Shown here: in pieces, positions 1 through 9,470 of the stretch
How the letters are laid out: each line of letters opens with the position of its first letter
How positions within the stretch are numbered: position 1 is the stretch's first letter
Source: a virus
Lineage: Duplodnaviria; Caudoviricetes
Reading direction: 5' to 3' (one strand)
DNA: 64,000 nucleotides
IMG/VR virus record: IMGVR_UViG_3300032247_000928
Coordinates: 15,904-79,903 of that record
The notes under the pieces: generated by a model
What the model saw: only the letters and a program-made list of their open reading frames with translations
Databases searched by the model: none
Told to the model about the DNA's origin: nothing
Translations under genes and position numbers: made by a program

Positions 1-263
1 TTACGTTCAATAAAAATATCGCACCAGGTTTCTTGAATATATCCAGACACTAATGTATCTAAAAATGGCATACACTTTTTTACAGTTGTATTTGGAATGC
101 CTGGCTCTTCAAAAAATAGATCATTAGTGTATGAATTACTTTTACTATTAAAAAAAGAGCCAGACTCCTTGTACCAATTTGGTAAATAAAATTTTGCTGG
201 TTTTGGCATAGGTACAATTTCTTGTACAACATTGCTACTAGCAACAAAATTAATTTTTTTCAA
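1..263 (-). CDS. 5' part (runs off the window edge) of a conserved phage protein, paralogue of 5061, 42167 and 47619 (DUF6065-like family)
   Basis: Hand translation from TTG at 263: MKKINFVASSNVVQEIVPMPKPAKFYLPNWYKES...TTVKKCMPFLDTLVSGYI. It shares the P-x-PA..P.WYK and KxCxPxxDxxxSGY motifs with the paralogues. Not in the ORF track. Confidence 0.8.
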   Translation of the reverse strand, partial: MKKINFVASSNVVQEIVPMPKPAKFYLPNWYKESGSFFNSKSNSYTNDLFFEEPGIPNTTVKKCMPFLDTLVSGYIQETWCDIFIER

Positions 264-265
264 TT

Positions 266-919
266 TTACCAGTCCATGTTTCCCGAAGCAGTATTAGGTG
301 TATCAAAGCCTAGATAAAAGGCTTCTTGTTCAGCATAAGGAATCTTATTAAGTGCTTTCTCTAATGGGAAAGGCTCAACTTCTGCCCAATTAAATGGTTC
401 CTTGTCTGGACCACCTGGAATTAAAGTATAAGATGTTTCAGTTCCCTGACCATTACGCTTCATTTTCCAAGTAAGATTTGAAATACTGCCTGTCTCCAGT
501 GCGTATTCACGAATAGTATTAAATGCAGATTGCTTGCTGACACCCATTGACCAAATAGCTACATATGGTGCTTCAATGCCGTCGTCTACAAGTACGTTGC
601 AATAGAAGCGAAGACGTGCTCTCCAGCCTGCCTTCATATCCTTGCGGTGCATTTCTTCTGCCCAGTCACGACCTTCTGTATCCATTGTGTCTACAGCTTT
701 ACGCTTGTAATCCTTTGGGTTTGTATGTTCTGAAACAACAAGTGCGAGACCACGGGCCTCATTATAATTTGCTGAATCTTCATCAAGCTCTTCAATAAAA
801 CGAATCTTTACTGCTTGTCCATCAGCCAACTTGAGCCAACGAACTTTTGTGCCTGTGCCTTCATACTTGGGCTTGTCTACCAATGCGTTGATATTTTTTA
901 ATCCCTTTACAATAGCCAT
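266..919 (-). CDS. single-stranded DNA-binding protein (phage gp32-like)
   Basis: 217 aa; WLKLADGQAVKIRF...RFYCNVLV pattern with an acidic aromatic C-terminus; adjacent to primase/helicase; SD GGAG upstream. Confidence 0.65.
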   Translation of the reverse strand: MAIVKGLKNINALVDKPKYEGTGTKVRWLKLADGQAVKIRFIEELDEDSANYNEARGLALVVSEHTNPKDYKRKAVDTMDTEGRDWAEEMHRKDMKAGWRARLRFYCNVLVDDGIEAPYVAIWSMGVSKQSAFNTIREYALETGSISNLTWKMKRNGQGTETSYTLIPGGPDKEPFNWAEVEPFPLEKALNKIPYAEQEAFYLGFDTPNTASGNMDW

Positions 920-954
920 TTTTATTTTCTCCTATATGTTTTGTTATGTTTTTA

Positions 955-1248
955 TTATAGTATTAAGCCAAAATGTTTTGCAATTGATAAAATTGCTAAA
1001 ATAGTCCATAATATATTGAACCAAATAATTGTTGGCAATGTTTTTACCGTTGATGACCAAATTAATGAAAAACTTGAAACCAATGCAAAAATATATAACC
1101 ACCAAAATTGTTTGCCAAATAGTAAACCTGGAAAGATAATTGCAATTTTTGTCATGAATGCAAAAAACTCTACGGTATTTGGCTTATCCCAATACGACTT
1201 AAAACGCATTTTTTTCAATGCTTTTAGCCACTGTGTTCTAAATTTCAT
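955..1248 (-). CDS. small membrane protein
   Basis: 97 aa with about three hydrophobic segments. Confidence 0.55.
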   Translation of the reverse strand: MKFRTQWLKALKKMRFKSYWDKPNTVEFFAFMTKIAIIFPGLLFGKQFWWLYIFALVSSFSLIWSSTVKTLPTIIWFNILWTILAILSIAKHFGLIL

Positions 1249-1263
1249 TTTGACCCCTTTATA

Positions 1264-2190
1264 CTATTTTAACATAGCAATGATTGAATTGTCAAATTGG
1301 AATTCCAACTTTTTAATTGCTTCATCGTCCATGTCTCCTATGTCTTTATATTTTTTATCTAACTGTATTACTGTGACAAGGTGACCTAGTTTCTCAACTA
1401 GTTTATCTTTCATGATAGAACCAGCCTCATCATTGTCTGCAACAAGTACAATATTATTGAAGTACTTTGCTAATAGTTTAATCTGTGATACAGATACATT
1501 AGCCCCCAGTGTTGCAACTGCTGGGAAACCTACTTGATCAAGTCTAATAGCATCAAATGATGATTCAACTACATAGACTGTTGTTGATGTTTTAACTCTG
1601 TGCAAGTTAAATAAAATTTTACTTTTTGGTAAACCTGGAGTATTTTTAAAATCTTTACCCTCAATAGTTCTAGCAACAAACCCAATACACATTCCATCTG
1701 GAGTGGCCATTGGTATAGTTACTGAATCTTGTTTTTCTGAAAACCCTAGATTAAATTTTATCACAGAATCTTTAGTAATACTGCGACCTTCAAAATATCT
1801 CATTGCTCTTGGTGATTCAATGGCTTGGTTGTTAAGTCTTTTAATTAATATTTCATCATACTGGACAAAATCTGCAGGAGCATATAGTGCTTTATCAATT
1901 ACAGAAGAAAGGTTTGACTCTTGTTCTTTGCTTTTAATATATCGTGCAGCTTCAAAATATGTTCTATTTGACATAAACATAATTAACTCAGTTAGATTCT
2001 TTGTTACTTGACAGCCAAAACAAAAGAACAATCCAGACTCCTTAGATACTTCTCCAGCAGGTGTTTTATTGTTGTTGTGATAGGGACAAAAGATAATAAA
2101 GTCAGAACCAAACTCTGCCTCAATATCAATCCCTGCTCCATTGAGAACACGACGAATCTGATCCTCTGTGTATATTTCTTTACTTGCCAT
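1264..2190 (-). CDS. dnaG: DNA primase (CHC2 zinc finger + TOPRIM)
   Basis: CPYH...CFGC zinc finger and TOPRIM motifs VVESSFD and ADNDEAG; start moved to MASKE at 2190, which overlaps the helicase stop. Confidence 0.92.
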   Translation of the reverse strand: MASKEIYTEDQIRRVLNGAGIDIEAEFGSDFIIFCPYHNNNKTPAGEVSKESGLFFCFGCQVTKNLTELIMFMSNRTYFEAARYIKSKEQESNLSSVIDKALYAPADFVQYDEILIKRLNNQAIESPRAMRYFEGRSITKDSVIKFNLGFSEKQDSVTIPMATPDGMCIGFVARTIEGKDFKNTPGLPKSKILFNLHRVKTSTTVYVVESSFDAIRLDQVGFPAVATLGANVSVSQIKLLAKYFNNIVLVADNDEAGSIMKDKLVEKLGHLVTVIQLDKKYKDIGDMDDEAIKKLEFQFDNSIIAMLK

Positions 2191-3403
2191 CTTCAAAATC
2201 CTTATATCTGTAATAACCCTTATCAAAGTCACACTGAACTAAGAAGTCACCCATAAAACCATTTCTATTCTTTCTAAATGCACATTCAATAATATCGCTG
2301 TTAGTTGCACGACCCATGGCTAGTACCCAGTCAGCATCGTATGCAATTTGTCTTGACCACGCTGTTTGTGCAAGGGTAGGAACTGTAGAAAGATCTTTAA
2401 CATCATCTGGGGTAGCAGAGGATATAGCAATGATAGGAACTTCTTCGCTAATAGCCATTAGTTTAAGTTCTCGTGAAAGGTTCTTCATCTTTACCGTTTC
2501 ATTATCAGCTTTTTGATTTGGATTCATCAACTGAAGATAATCTACTACAACAAAGTCTGGTTTGTACTGGTCTAGCTTTCCACGTATAACTGAAGGAGTT
2601 ACTTCTCCGCCAGAGTCATTAGAAATAATATGAAAAGGCGGACGACCTTCAATTTTGTCTGCATGCCATTTCTTCATCATGTCAAGTTCAACCTCACCAT
2701 TTGAAAGTTTACGGTGTGACCAAAGTCCTTCTCCCATAATAGTAAATGCACGGTTACGGACTTCTGTTTCACTCATCTCAAGAGAGATGATAAGGGGTGT
2801 CTTACCCTGTTTCCAGGCCTGTGCAGCAAAGTATAGAGCCATCCATGACTTTCCTATACCTGGGTATGCTAGAAAGACTCCCAACTGCCCTGGCATAATT
2901 CCAGAAGGAAGGTAGTTATCAAACCCTGGCAAACCTGTTTTAATTCCTCTATGACCTAAAGCCTGTTGCTCTTTAACGTTTTCAAAATATGCAATAGCAG
3001 AATCAATATCTGTTGCATCAATATCACGAATTGCTGAAGTATTCTTTTTTAACTGTGAAGTTTTTGTAATAAGTTCTTCAAGGGCTACTGATCCTTGTCC
3101 ATTTTGAACTTCACCTGCTGCGGATCGTAAGATATCTTTAAGACTATCATTTAAGTATTCTGTCTGAAGTTCTTCAAGGTGATGCTTAGTTGCACCAATT
3201 CCTTGTACTGGCTGGAAGTCTCTAAACTTTTCTACAACCAAAGATGTTGGTGGGATTGTTCCATTGTTTTCAGCGTATAGTCTAATAAAGTTCCATACGT
3301 CATTATGAGTGCGAAGTAATGTTTCTACGTTTGCCTGTAGCAAAACATGCAGTTGTTTATCTGCTAGGACTGCTGAGATTACTTTTGCTTCTGTATTATT
3401 CAC
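2180..3403 (-). CDS. dnaB: DnaB-like replicative helicase
   Basis: Walker A AYPGIGKS, SLEMS, Walker B VVVDYLQL, and a KNRNG arginine-finger region. Confidence 0.93.
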   Translation of the reverse strand: MNNTEAKVISAVLADKQLHVLLQANVETLLRTHNDVWNFIRLYAENNGTIPPTSLVVEKFRDFQPVQGIGATKHHLEELQTEYLNDSLKDILRSAAGEVQNGQGSVALEELITKTSQLKKNTSAIRDIDATDIDSAIAYFENVKEQQALGHRGIKTGLPGFDNYLPSGIMPGQLGVFLAYPGIGKSWMALYFAAQAWKQGKTPLIISLEMSETEVRNRAFTIMGEGLWSHRKLSNGEVELDMMKKWHADKIEGRPPFHIISNDSGGEVTPSVIRGKLDQYKPDFVVVDYLQLMNPNQKADNETVKMKNLSRELKLMAISEEVPIIAISSATPDDVKDLSTVPTLAQTAWSRQIAYDADWVLAMGRATNSDIIECAFRKNRNGFMGDFLVQCDFDKGYYRYKDFEDGK

Positions 3404-3704
3404 TCAGCCACTCCTTTGCTTTTTTTCTTAGTTCTGCTCTTTGTTTAATATCTTCTTGGACTTCTAGTTTACCATTAAGAATCTTTTCTGCATTGTAAGC
3501 AAAGTAATTCCATGTAGGATCTTGTGCAACACTAAAGTAATATTCTAATAAATCATAGCATTGAGAAATACCATATGATTCTACGAGAGCATCTGCTGCC
3601 CATTGTTCAACATTTAAGTTCATATTAGACTTACGCTCAAAACGCTGTGTATAAAATTTGTTGAATCTACTGAGCAAAGCCATGCGGTCTTTGCGGTCAG
3701 CCAT
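3396..3704 (-). CDS. hypothetical protein (replication module)
   Basis: 102 aa ORF overlapping the helicase start. Confidence 0.7.
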   Translation of the reverse strand: MADRKDRMALLSRFNKFYTQRFERKSNMNLNVEQWAADALVESYGISQCYDLLEYYFSVAQDPTWNYFAYNAEKILNGKLEVQEDIKQRAELRKKAKEWLSE

Positions 3705-3913
3705 TATCCTTCGGAAGCCTCTTCTTGTGCTTCCTTAATCTTCTCTGTAAGTTTATCTTCTACAAACTTATAGACACGATCAAAAGCCTGCTCTGTTGTT
3801 TCACCATCACGCTTGCTGTCAATAACGCCAAGGTCAAGTCTTAGTGACTGAAAATTTCCCAGGTTAAGAGTATATCCAAGTGTTACGTTTACCTTTGTTG
3901 AATCGTTTTCCAT
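3704..3913 (-). CDS. hypothetical protein
   Basis: 69 aa, translationally coupled, plausible composition. Confidence 0.7.
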   Translation of the reverse strand: MENDSTKVNVTLGYTLNLGNFQSLRLDLGVIDSKRDGETTEQAFDRVYKFVEDKLTEKIKEAQEEASEG

Positions 3914-3931
3914 TACCCACCCATTCCTATT

Positions 3932-4474
3932 TTAAATGCTCTCTGACCAAGTTGGAATAAATCTTCCATCTTCTGTCTTCGTATATGTAAGAATACCATC
4001 CCCCATACGCCTTGTCAATTCTTGCGTAGTAGGAGTCATATTATTTGTTATTAATTTGTCTTTTCTTGGTTGACCAATATGTATACTTGCAAGTATAGCA
4101 CGTATCTCTTTTACTTGTGATTCTGAATAGTATGCCCTTACTTGCCATCCTGGTTCCCCGCCTTTTCTTGAACCTGTTGGTCCAGGAATAGTTCCTGCTT
4201 TAATTAATCTTGGCATATACTTTCTGTGTCTATTGACAAGAATAGCAGTTTCTGTTATAGTGTATGCTCTTTCACGGTTACGCCTAAAGTCAGTACGCAA
4301 ACAAGTTTCAAGTCTATCTTTTGTAATGTTATAAAAGGAAGTCATTCCTGTTGATCTAGAGTTATGATGCATTCTAACAAGGTCACCATTCAAAAACCAT
4401 ATCTTTTGGTTTCCTTTTATTACAGTGGACTGATTGTATTCTTCGCTCTGTATTTTTCGTTTAGCAGTAGCCAT
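3932..4474 (-). CDS. putative HTH (MerR-like) DNA-binding protein
   Basis: YTITETAILVNRHRKYMPRLIKAGTIP resembles a MerR/excisionase-type wHTH. Confidence 0.5.
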   Translation of the reverse strand: MATAKRKIQSEEYNQSTVIKGNQKIWFLNGDLVRMHHNSRSTGMTSFYNITKDRLETCLRTDFRRNRERAYTITETAILVNRHRKYMPRLIKAGTIPGPTGSRKGGEPGWQVRAYYSESQVKEIRAILASIHIGQPRKDKLITNNMTPTTQELTRRMGDGILTYTKTEDGRFIPTWSESI

Positions 4475-4611
4475 CTGCCCTCCCTACTTTCTTGCGGGGG
4501 ATGATAAAACTTTCTTTCACCACAGCGCACACAGTAGGTCTCAATATGCATTTGAGAAGTATATTGTCTGTCAACAAAAATCCTACCAGTGCATCGTTTG
4601 CAAGTTAACAT
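4420..4611 (-). CDS. zinc-ribbon protein
   Basis: CKRC...CVRC motif, 63 aa. Confidence 0.6.
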   Translation of the reverse strand: MLTCKRCTGRIFVDRQYTSQMHIETYCVRCGERKFYHPPQESREGRWLLLNEKYRAKNTISPL

Positions 4612-4628
4612 CTATTTAAAGTCTCTAA

Positions 4629-4802
4629 TTACTTCTTCTTAATTGTTTCAGAGTATTCTTCTATTGCTTTTTCTTTGTCTTCTTTTTCTTGCGACAGTTG
4701 TGTTAGGTCTGCTCTAAGAACAGCAATCTGTGTTTCATAGTTTGAAACAAGTTCCCCAATGCGTTGCTGCAGGGCAGTAATTACCAATTCTGCTCTCTCC
4801 AT
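4629..4802 (-). CDS. small coiled-coil protein (57 aa)
   Basis: Hand translation MERAELVITALQQRIGELVSNYETQIAVLRADL...; fills the gap between neighbours; below the track length cutoff. Confidence 0.7.
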   Translation of the reverse strand: MERAELVITALQQRIGELVSNYETQIAVLRADLTQLSQEKEDKEKAIEEYSETIKKK

Positions 4803-4812
4803 TATTTTCCCC

Positions 4813-5031
4813 TTATACAGTTAAAGATACAACTTCTGCATTTAATGCAGTCTGTTGTGCCACGATTGAATCAATCTGTGCCTGAGTATCCGTAATAGAC
4901 TCTTGCTTTGGATTGCTTCCAGATGTTAATTCTAGCATGCTAACCTGAAGGTTATACTTGCTGTATTCCAAATTCTTTAGGTGTTGATCTATAATTGAGA
5001 TCTTTTCTGCATTTGTTAATTCGTATGTCAT
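4813..5031 (-). CDS. small coiled-coil hypothetical protein
   Basis: 72 aa; SD GGAGG; own TGCTATAAT promoter near 5048-5056. Confidence 0.7.
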   Translation of the reverse strand: MTYELTNAEKISIIDQHLKNLEYSKYNLQVSMLELTSGSNPKQESITDTQAQIDSIVAQQTALNAEVVSLTV

Positions 5032-5060
5032 AGTTCCTCCTTGTTAATTATAGCATATGC

Positions 5061-5780
5061 TTATTCAAAGCGCATGCCTTGTCTATACCCCTTTTTATAA
5101 TGAGACATGGGAACAGACTCTTTTTCTTGAATAAGTTCTACCTTTTTATTAAAAAACCTTTGATCATCATTAATAGTATGATTCCAATCTTCACGTTTTA
5201 TTGGAATGATTGAAAGAAGTGGAGTTCCAGCCTTGATTAATCCCTCAAAGTTATCTTTGATATGAAAACTAACATTTCCTGGAAGAGGATAAACATCATA
5301 GTCGGCAAGTCCAGATACTGTTGTAAATGGCAAATCATATCTATTTATTGGGTGTGTTATTAGTGCTGACCAACCTTCTGGCATTTGAATACCCCAATGC
5401 ATTTGCCAACCAAAATGCGCCTGATAGTGTCCATGTGGAACTGGCATCTCTTTAAGAACTCTGTCTCCTGCTGGCTCCATCGGAGAATCCCAAGATAGTT
5501 TAGGAATATTATTTTTATCTATTAATACATGAATATCTGTATGCAATAGGTAATGATAGCCACATGTCATCGCATCATAGTATGGCATACAATGTTTCAT
5601 GCTAAGAAAAACATTTGATCTGCTTGCTGTTCCATCTTTAAATTTTTCATAATCATTTTCGCCATGAAACCTTGGCATATTTTTCCAATAGTCTGGCAAG
5701 TTATCTCTTGCTGGTGTTGGAGAAATGGATGACTCTTTGGCTCCTTGTCCCCATGGATAAAACTGAATTACATTACTCAC
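5061..5780 (-). CDS. conserved phage protein, DUF6065-like / dUTPase-like beta fold (paralogue family)
   Basis: Motifs KHCMPYYDAMTCGY, WGIQMPEGWSALITHP, LPFTTVSG and GTPLLSIIPIKREDW are shared with three other ORFs in the window. Confidence 0.6.
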   Translation of the reverse strand: MSNVIQFYPWGQGAKESSISPTPARDNLPDYWKNMPRFHGENDYEKFKDGTASRSNVFLSMKHCMPYYDAMTCGYHYLLHTDIHVLIDKNNIPKLSWDSPMEPAGDRVLKEMPVPHGHYQAHFGWQMHWGIQMPEGWSALITHPINRYDLPFTTVSGLADYDVYPLPGNVSFHIKDNFEGLIKAGTPLLSIIPIKREDWNHTINDDQRFFNKKVELIQEKESVPMSHYKKGYRQGMRFE

Positions 5781-6840
5781 TTAGACTTCTTTCTAAATCA
5801 TACAGCATTCTTCCTGCTGGATATTTATTGCCAGTTTCTTCTACCATCTTATACATTTCTGAATAAAATTTTTTGTAATTTAATCCAGATGCTTTTTCGT
5901 ATTCTTCAATTAATTCTACTGATGGTGAGCCATATTCTCCAAGAACTTTTCCAGTTAAAATTTCTTTGTTTCTTAATGTACCAGAAACAACTTTATCTTT
6001 AAACGATATTCCATTTTCATCTGTTTCAAGATATGTTTGTTTCCATGAATTAGGAACATCTCTTCCCATTGAGTTAACGTCCCTTGTCCAAAGCACATGA
6101 TCTTTAATATTAAAAATTTTATATCCTCTTGTCCATGCTAATAGTGCAATTGCATTTTCTTCGTGGTAAGCAAGCATTGGATCATATTTAACATCTTTAA
6201 TAAAAGATCCAGAAGTAAATAAAAAATGTCCAGATATTAAATAATGTTCTTCATAGCCTAGTTCATTATAGTTTGCAGTCTTTGCACCAGGGGAATCTAG
6301 GGCCTCAATGCCGTAAGCAAATGATAGATACTTTTCTTCATTTTCTATCCCTAAAGCCTCTGGATGGCTCTTGGAGACAAGAGACCAAGATGGATAATCT
6401 GCTTCCCAGTTATTGTCCTTAACCATTGTAGTCTTTTCTCCAGTGTTCTTATCCCTATAATAGTAAGGAACATATGAAGATATGATTGGTTTTTCATATA
6501 CCGTTTTTAATTTAACATAATTCTGTTTTAATGTTTTGTCCCAGTTATTTTTAAATACTGTATGCCCATCAATTTGCAAATAGTACTCTTCTTCTTTATA
6601 GAATGTTGATGCTAACATTCTGCTCATGCCTACACCAAGGCCAATTTTCTCACTTATATTAACAAAATCTACATTTTTATATTTACTTAGATCTGGGAAA
6701 TTTTTTTTTGGATAATGCAAAACAACACCAATATAAATATTATCAGGATTTTCTGCTTTAGAAAAAGCAGTATCTATGGTGTCAATAATATCTTCTTCGT
6801 TATAGGCTGCAATACCAATAAAAATTGAATCTTGTTTCAT
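5773..6840 (-). CDS. GT-A glycosyltransferase, Skp1/Gnt1-type (hydroxyproline) GlcNAc-transferase-like
   Basis: SIFIGIAAY...AENPDNIYIGV...YYLQIDGH(T)VF..NWD...SGHFLFT...YHEE pattern is typical of the GlcNAc (PF11397-like) family. Confidence 0.7.
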   Translation of the reverse strand: MKQDSIFIGIAAYNEEDIIDTIDTAFSKAENPDNIYIGVVLHYPKKNFPDLSKYKNVDFVNISEKIGLGVGMSRMLASTFYKEEEYYLQIDGHTVFKNNWDKTLKQNYVKLKTVYEKPIISSYVPYYYRDKNTGEKTTMVKDNNWEADYPSWSLVSKSHPEALGIENEEKYLSFAYGIEALDSPGAKTANYNELGYEEHYLISGHFLFTSGSFIKDVKYDPMLAYHEENAIALLAWTRGYKIFNIKDHVLWTRDVNSMGRDVPNSWKQTYLETDENGISFKDKVVSGTLRNKEILTGKVLGEYGSPSVELIEEYEKASGLNYKKFYSEMYKMVEETGNKYPAGRMLYDLERSLSE

Positions 6841-6843
6841 TAA

Positions 6844-7071
6844 TTACCATTTACCTAATGGACAATTTGATGATTCTATTTTTGTTTTTACTTGCATAAA
6901 ACATCCACATTTTTTGCATTGAGTTGTTAATTTAATAAATTCTGGACAACTTTGGCAAATTAAAAATCTTTTTTCTGCATCAAAATCATTAATTTTTTTT
7001 GTTTTTGGGTTCAGCATATCCAGTGGAGTTGAACCATATTTTTCTTTATATTGTTCCCACTTACTTGCCAT
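6844..7071 (-). CDS. small Cys-rich protein (DUF6171-like)
   Basis: RFLICQSCPEF...QCKKCGCFM..K......CPLGKW; paralogue at 49428. Confidence 0.65.
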   Translation of the reverse strand: MASKWEQYKEKYGSTPLDMLNPKTKKINDFDAEKRFLICQSCPEFIKLTTQCKKCGCFMQVKTKIESSNCPLGKW

Positions 7072-7462
7072 GATAAAAAGGCTCCAAACTTGTTTGATCT
7101 TGATCTAAAAGTATAAATTTTTCTCCATCAAATTTAGCATTGGGGGAACTTACATATTGTCCATATGGATATAAACCTAAATCTACTACTTGTGGATTAC
7201 TTAATAATATACTGCCAAAATATTCTGAAGTATTAAATTCTTCTAATACCTCTCCATTTTTTAAAAATTGAACAGTTATTCCATTATGGTTTGGATAATT
7301 ATTAGATACATCAATAATTTCATCATATCCTGTAAAAATATCAACATATTTTTTAATTAATGGCAAATCATATAGTGCATCTTGATTAATAACCCAACAA
7401 AGTGCTCTACCCTGTAAAATTTCATGCTGAGTATATGTTTCTATATCTTCATCATATATCAT
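7061..7462 (-). CDS. hypothetical protein
   Basis: 133 aa, coupled to the Cys-rich gene. Confidence 0.7.
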   Translation of the reverse strand: MIYDEDIETYTQHEILQGRALCWVINQDALYDLPLIKKYVDIFTGYDEIIDVSNNYPNHNGITVQFLKNGEVLEEFNTSEYFGSILLSNPQVVDLGLYPYGQYVSSPNAKFDGEKFILLDQDQTSLEPFYHGK

Positions 7463-7499
7463 AATTTTCCCCTTATTTTATATTGTAGCATATCCTAAA

Positions 7500-9470
7500 T
7501 TAACATGCAACATATGGGCTACAAACTGATCCAGTTCCTCCAGCACACTTTCCTGAACATCCAGGATTACATATACCATTTACAACATTTTGTGATGTAC
7601 AAAGTTTAGACGTTGGAGCAGCATAATATGCTGGAGGTGCATAATATACAGGTGGTGCATAATATACAGGAGGTGCATAATATACAGGAGGTGCATAATA
7701 TACAGGAGGTGCATAATATACAGGAGGTGCATAATATACAGGTGGTGCATAATATACAGGTGGTGCATAATAAACTGGAGGAGCATAGTATGATGGAGGT
7801 GCATAATATGTTGGAGGAAGAGATGCCGTAATAGTGTTTGATGTTACGGTTGCAGAAGATCCTGCAGCATTACTTGCATATGCATATGCTTTAAAAATAT
7901 ATGGAGGGGTAGTACCATCAAATGTTGTAACTGTGTAAGATACTGAATTTGATGTTGTTGGTGAATTTGTTGCTTTTAATACAGCAAAAGTACTTCCGTC
8001 AGTTCCAGCCTTAATAATAACATTATAAGATGTTGGTGAATTAGACCAATCAGTTGTTGTGGCGGTAATATCTGTTCCTGCTTGTCCACTTCCAGATAAA
8101 GAAACGGTTCCACCAAATGGAGCATTAAAAGTATAAGTTTGGGTATTTGATGTTGTAGACCATCCATAAGAGTTATAGGCTGTAACAGTACAAGTATATG
8201 CTGTATCTGCTGATGTTGTACTTGGCGTATAAGAATCAGTTGTACTAGTTGTAGTATGAGTAACTGTTGGTTGTCCACCAATATCAGTTCTTTGCCAAGT
8301 ATAACGGTATTGTGTTGGAGAATTGGTCCAATTTCCAGCAGTCATATATAATGTTCCACCAGAGTAACTAATCATTGAACCACCGCCTGCAACTGGAATA
8401 ACTGTTCCTAATGGAGTAATATCTACATTTGGGAATTGATATGTTGCTGTTGGTGTTGTTTGTGATGGAATTGTTCCTGATCCAGAAAATGCCGTTCCAG
8501 AAAAACCACTAGCAGTATTATATGGAGTAATTAATACACTTATTGAATCTCCTGAATTTCCTGATCCTAAAGAAATAAAGTTTCCAGTTGATGTTGTATG
8601 TTGGGTTGTTCCACCATTAATAGAATAATCAATTTTATATTGGTTGGCATATGCTGAAGTATCCCATCCAGCAGAAAAAGATCCACCAGTTCCTGCGGTT
8701 CCATAAGCAGTTAATGATGCACTTACAGAAGTTAAAGTAGAAACATTTTTTGTTGGAGTTACAGATCCCGCAGAATAATATGTTTGTGGTGATGTTGGGG
8801 AAGTGTCAGATGGTGTCCAAGAAACAACTAAGTATGAAACATTTGTTAATGATGACCAAGAAAGAGTAAAATCGCCAAACCCACCCGTTGCATCAACTGT
8901 ACCCACTGATGGAGAAAGATTGCCTGTACCCGAAGAAATAGCCTGTACATATCCGTTAGTTAGTGCTGTTGGGTATGGAATTGTAACCGATGTGCTATTG
9001 CTGCTTTCTTCATTTGTTGTATTATTTACATTTGCTACTGCAGTAACAGAAAAACGATAATATTGAGTATCTGTTACATAGTCTGATTGGTATATAGTTA
9101 ATGTTTTTGTTTGACCATTAGATATAGATCCACTTGCTCCAATACTCATCCAATTAATTCCGTCAATTGAATATTCAAACTGATATGTTTCACTTATTGT
9201 TCCACCACCACCATAGGTCCAAGTTCCATTTGTACCAGTTAAAACAAATCTACCTATGCTTGAAGAAACGGTCCAACTAGCAGCACTTATTGTAGGCTTT
9301 GCATTTATTTGTGGTCCAGTAGTTGATGCTGTTGGCCAAAATTGACTCCAACTTGAAGAACCTTTTATAAACGCTTTAACAATTGTATGCCAGGAACCAT
9401 CATCACCTTTAACAAAAAACCTAGATATTGGACCCCAAGTGCCATTGTCTCTCTTTACAAAATATCCCAT
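7500..9470 (-). CDS. tail fibre / receptor-binding-like protein with Ig/FN3-like repeats, Pro-Tyr repeat and Cys-rich tip
   Basis: 656 aa, S/T/G-rich; GTNGTW and AGNWTNSPT beta repeats; C-terminal (PPxYYA)11 followed by an 8-residue-spaced Cys-rich tail with 6 Cys; last gene of the tail operon. Confidence 0.7.
   Translation of the reverse strand: MGYFVKRDNGTWGPISRFFVKGDDGSWHTIVKAFIKGSSSWSQFWPTASTTGPQINAKPTISAASWTVSSSIGRFVLTGTNGTWTYGGGGTISETYQFEYSIDGINWMSIGASGSISNGQTKTLTIYQSDYVTDTQYYRFSVTAVANVNNTTNEESSNSTSVTIPYPTALTNGYVQAISSGTGNLSPSVGTVDATGGFGDFTLSWSSLTNVSYLVVSWTPSDTSPTSPQTYYSAGSVTPTKNVSTLTSVSASLTAYGTAGTGGSFSAGWDTSAYANQYKIDYSINGGTTQHTTSTGNFISLGSGNSGDSISVLITPYNTASGFSGTAFSGSGTIPSQTTPTATYQFPNVDITPLGTVIPVAGGGSMISYSGGTLYMTAGNWTNSPTQYRYTWQRTDIGGQPTVTHTTTSTTDSYTPSTTSADTAYTCTVTAYNSYGWSTTSNTQTYTFNAPFGGTVSLSGSGQAGTDITATTTDWSNSPTSYNVIIKAGTDGSTFAVLKATNSPTTSNSVSYTVTTFDGTTPPYIFKAYAYASNAAGSSATVTSNTITASLPPTYYAPPSYYAPPVYYAPPVYYAPPVYYAPPVYYAPPVYYAPPVYYAPPVYYAPPVYYAPPAYYAAPTSKLCTSQNVVNGICNPGCSGKCAGGTGSVCSPYVAC
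7621..7818 (-). repeat. 11 x 18-bp coding tandem repeat encoding PP(V/S/T/A)YYA
   Basis: Units GCATAATATACAGG(A/T)GGT counted at 7621, 7639, ... 7801; 8 of 11 encode PPVYYA. Confidence 0.97.

Noticed and set aside
7580-7831. 18-bp repeat as a CRISPR array, and the alternate-frame ORFs 7580..7804 and 7613..7831
   Set aside because: The units are contiguous with no spacers and are in frame in the 656-aa gene; the other ORFs are shadows of the repeat
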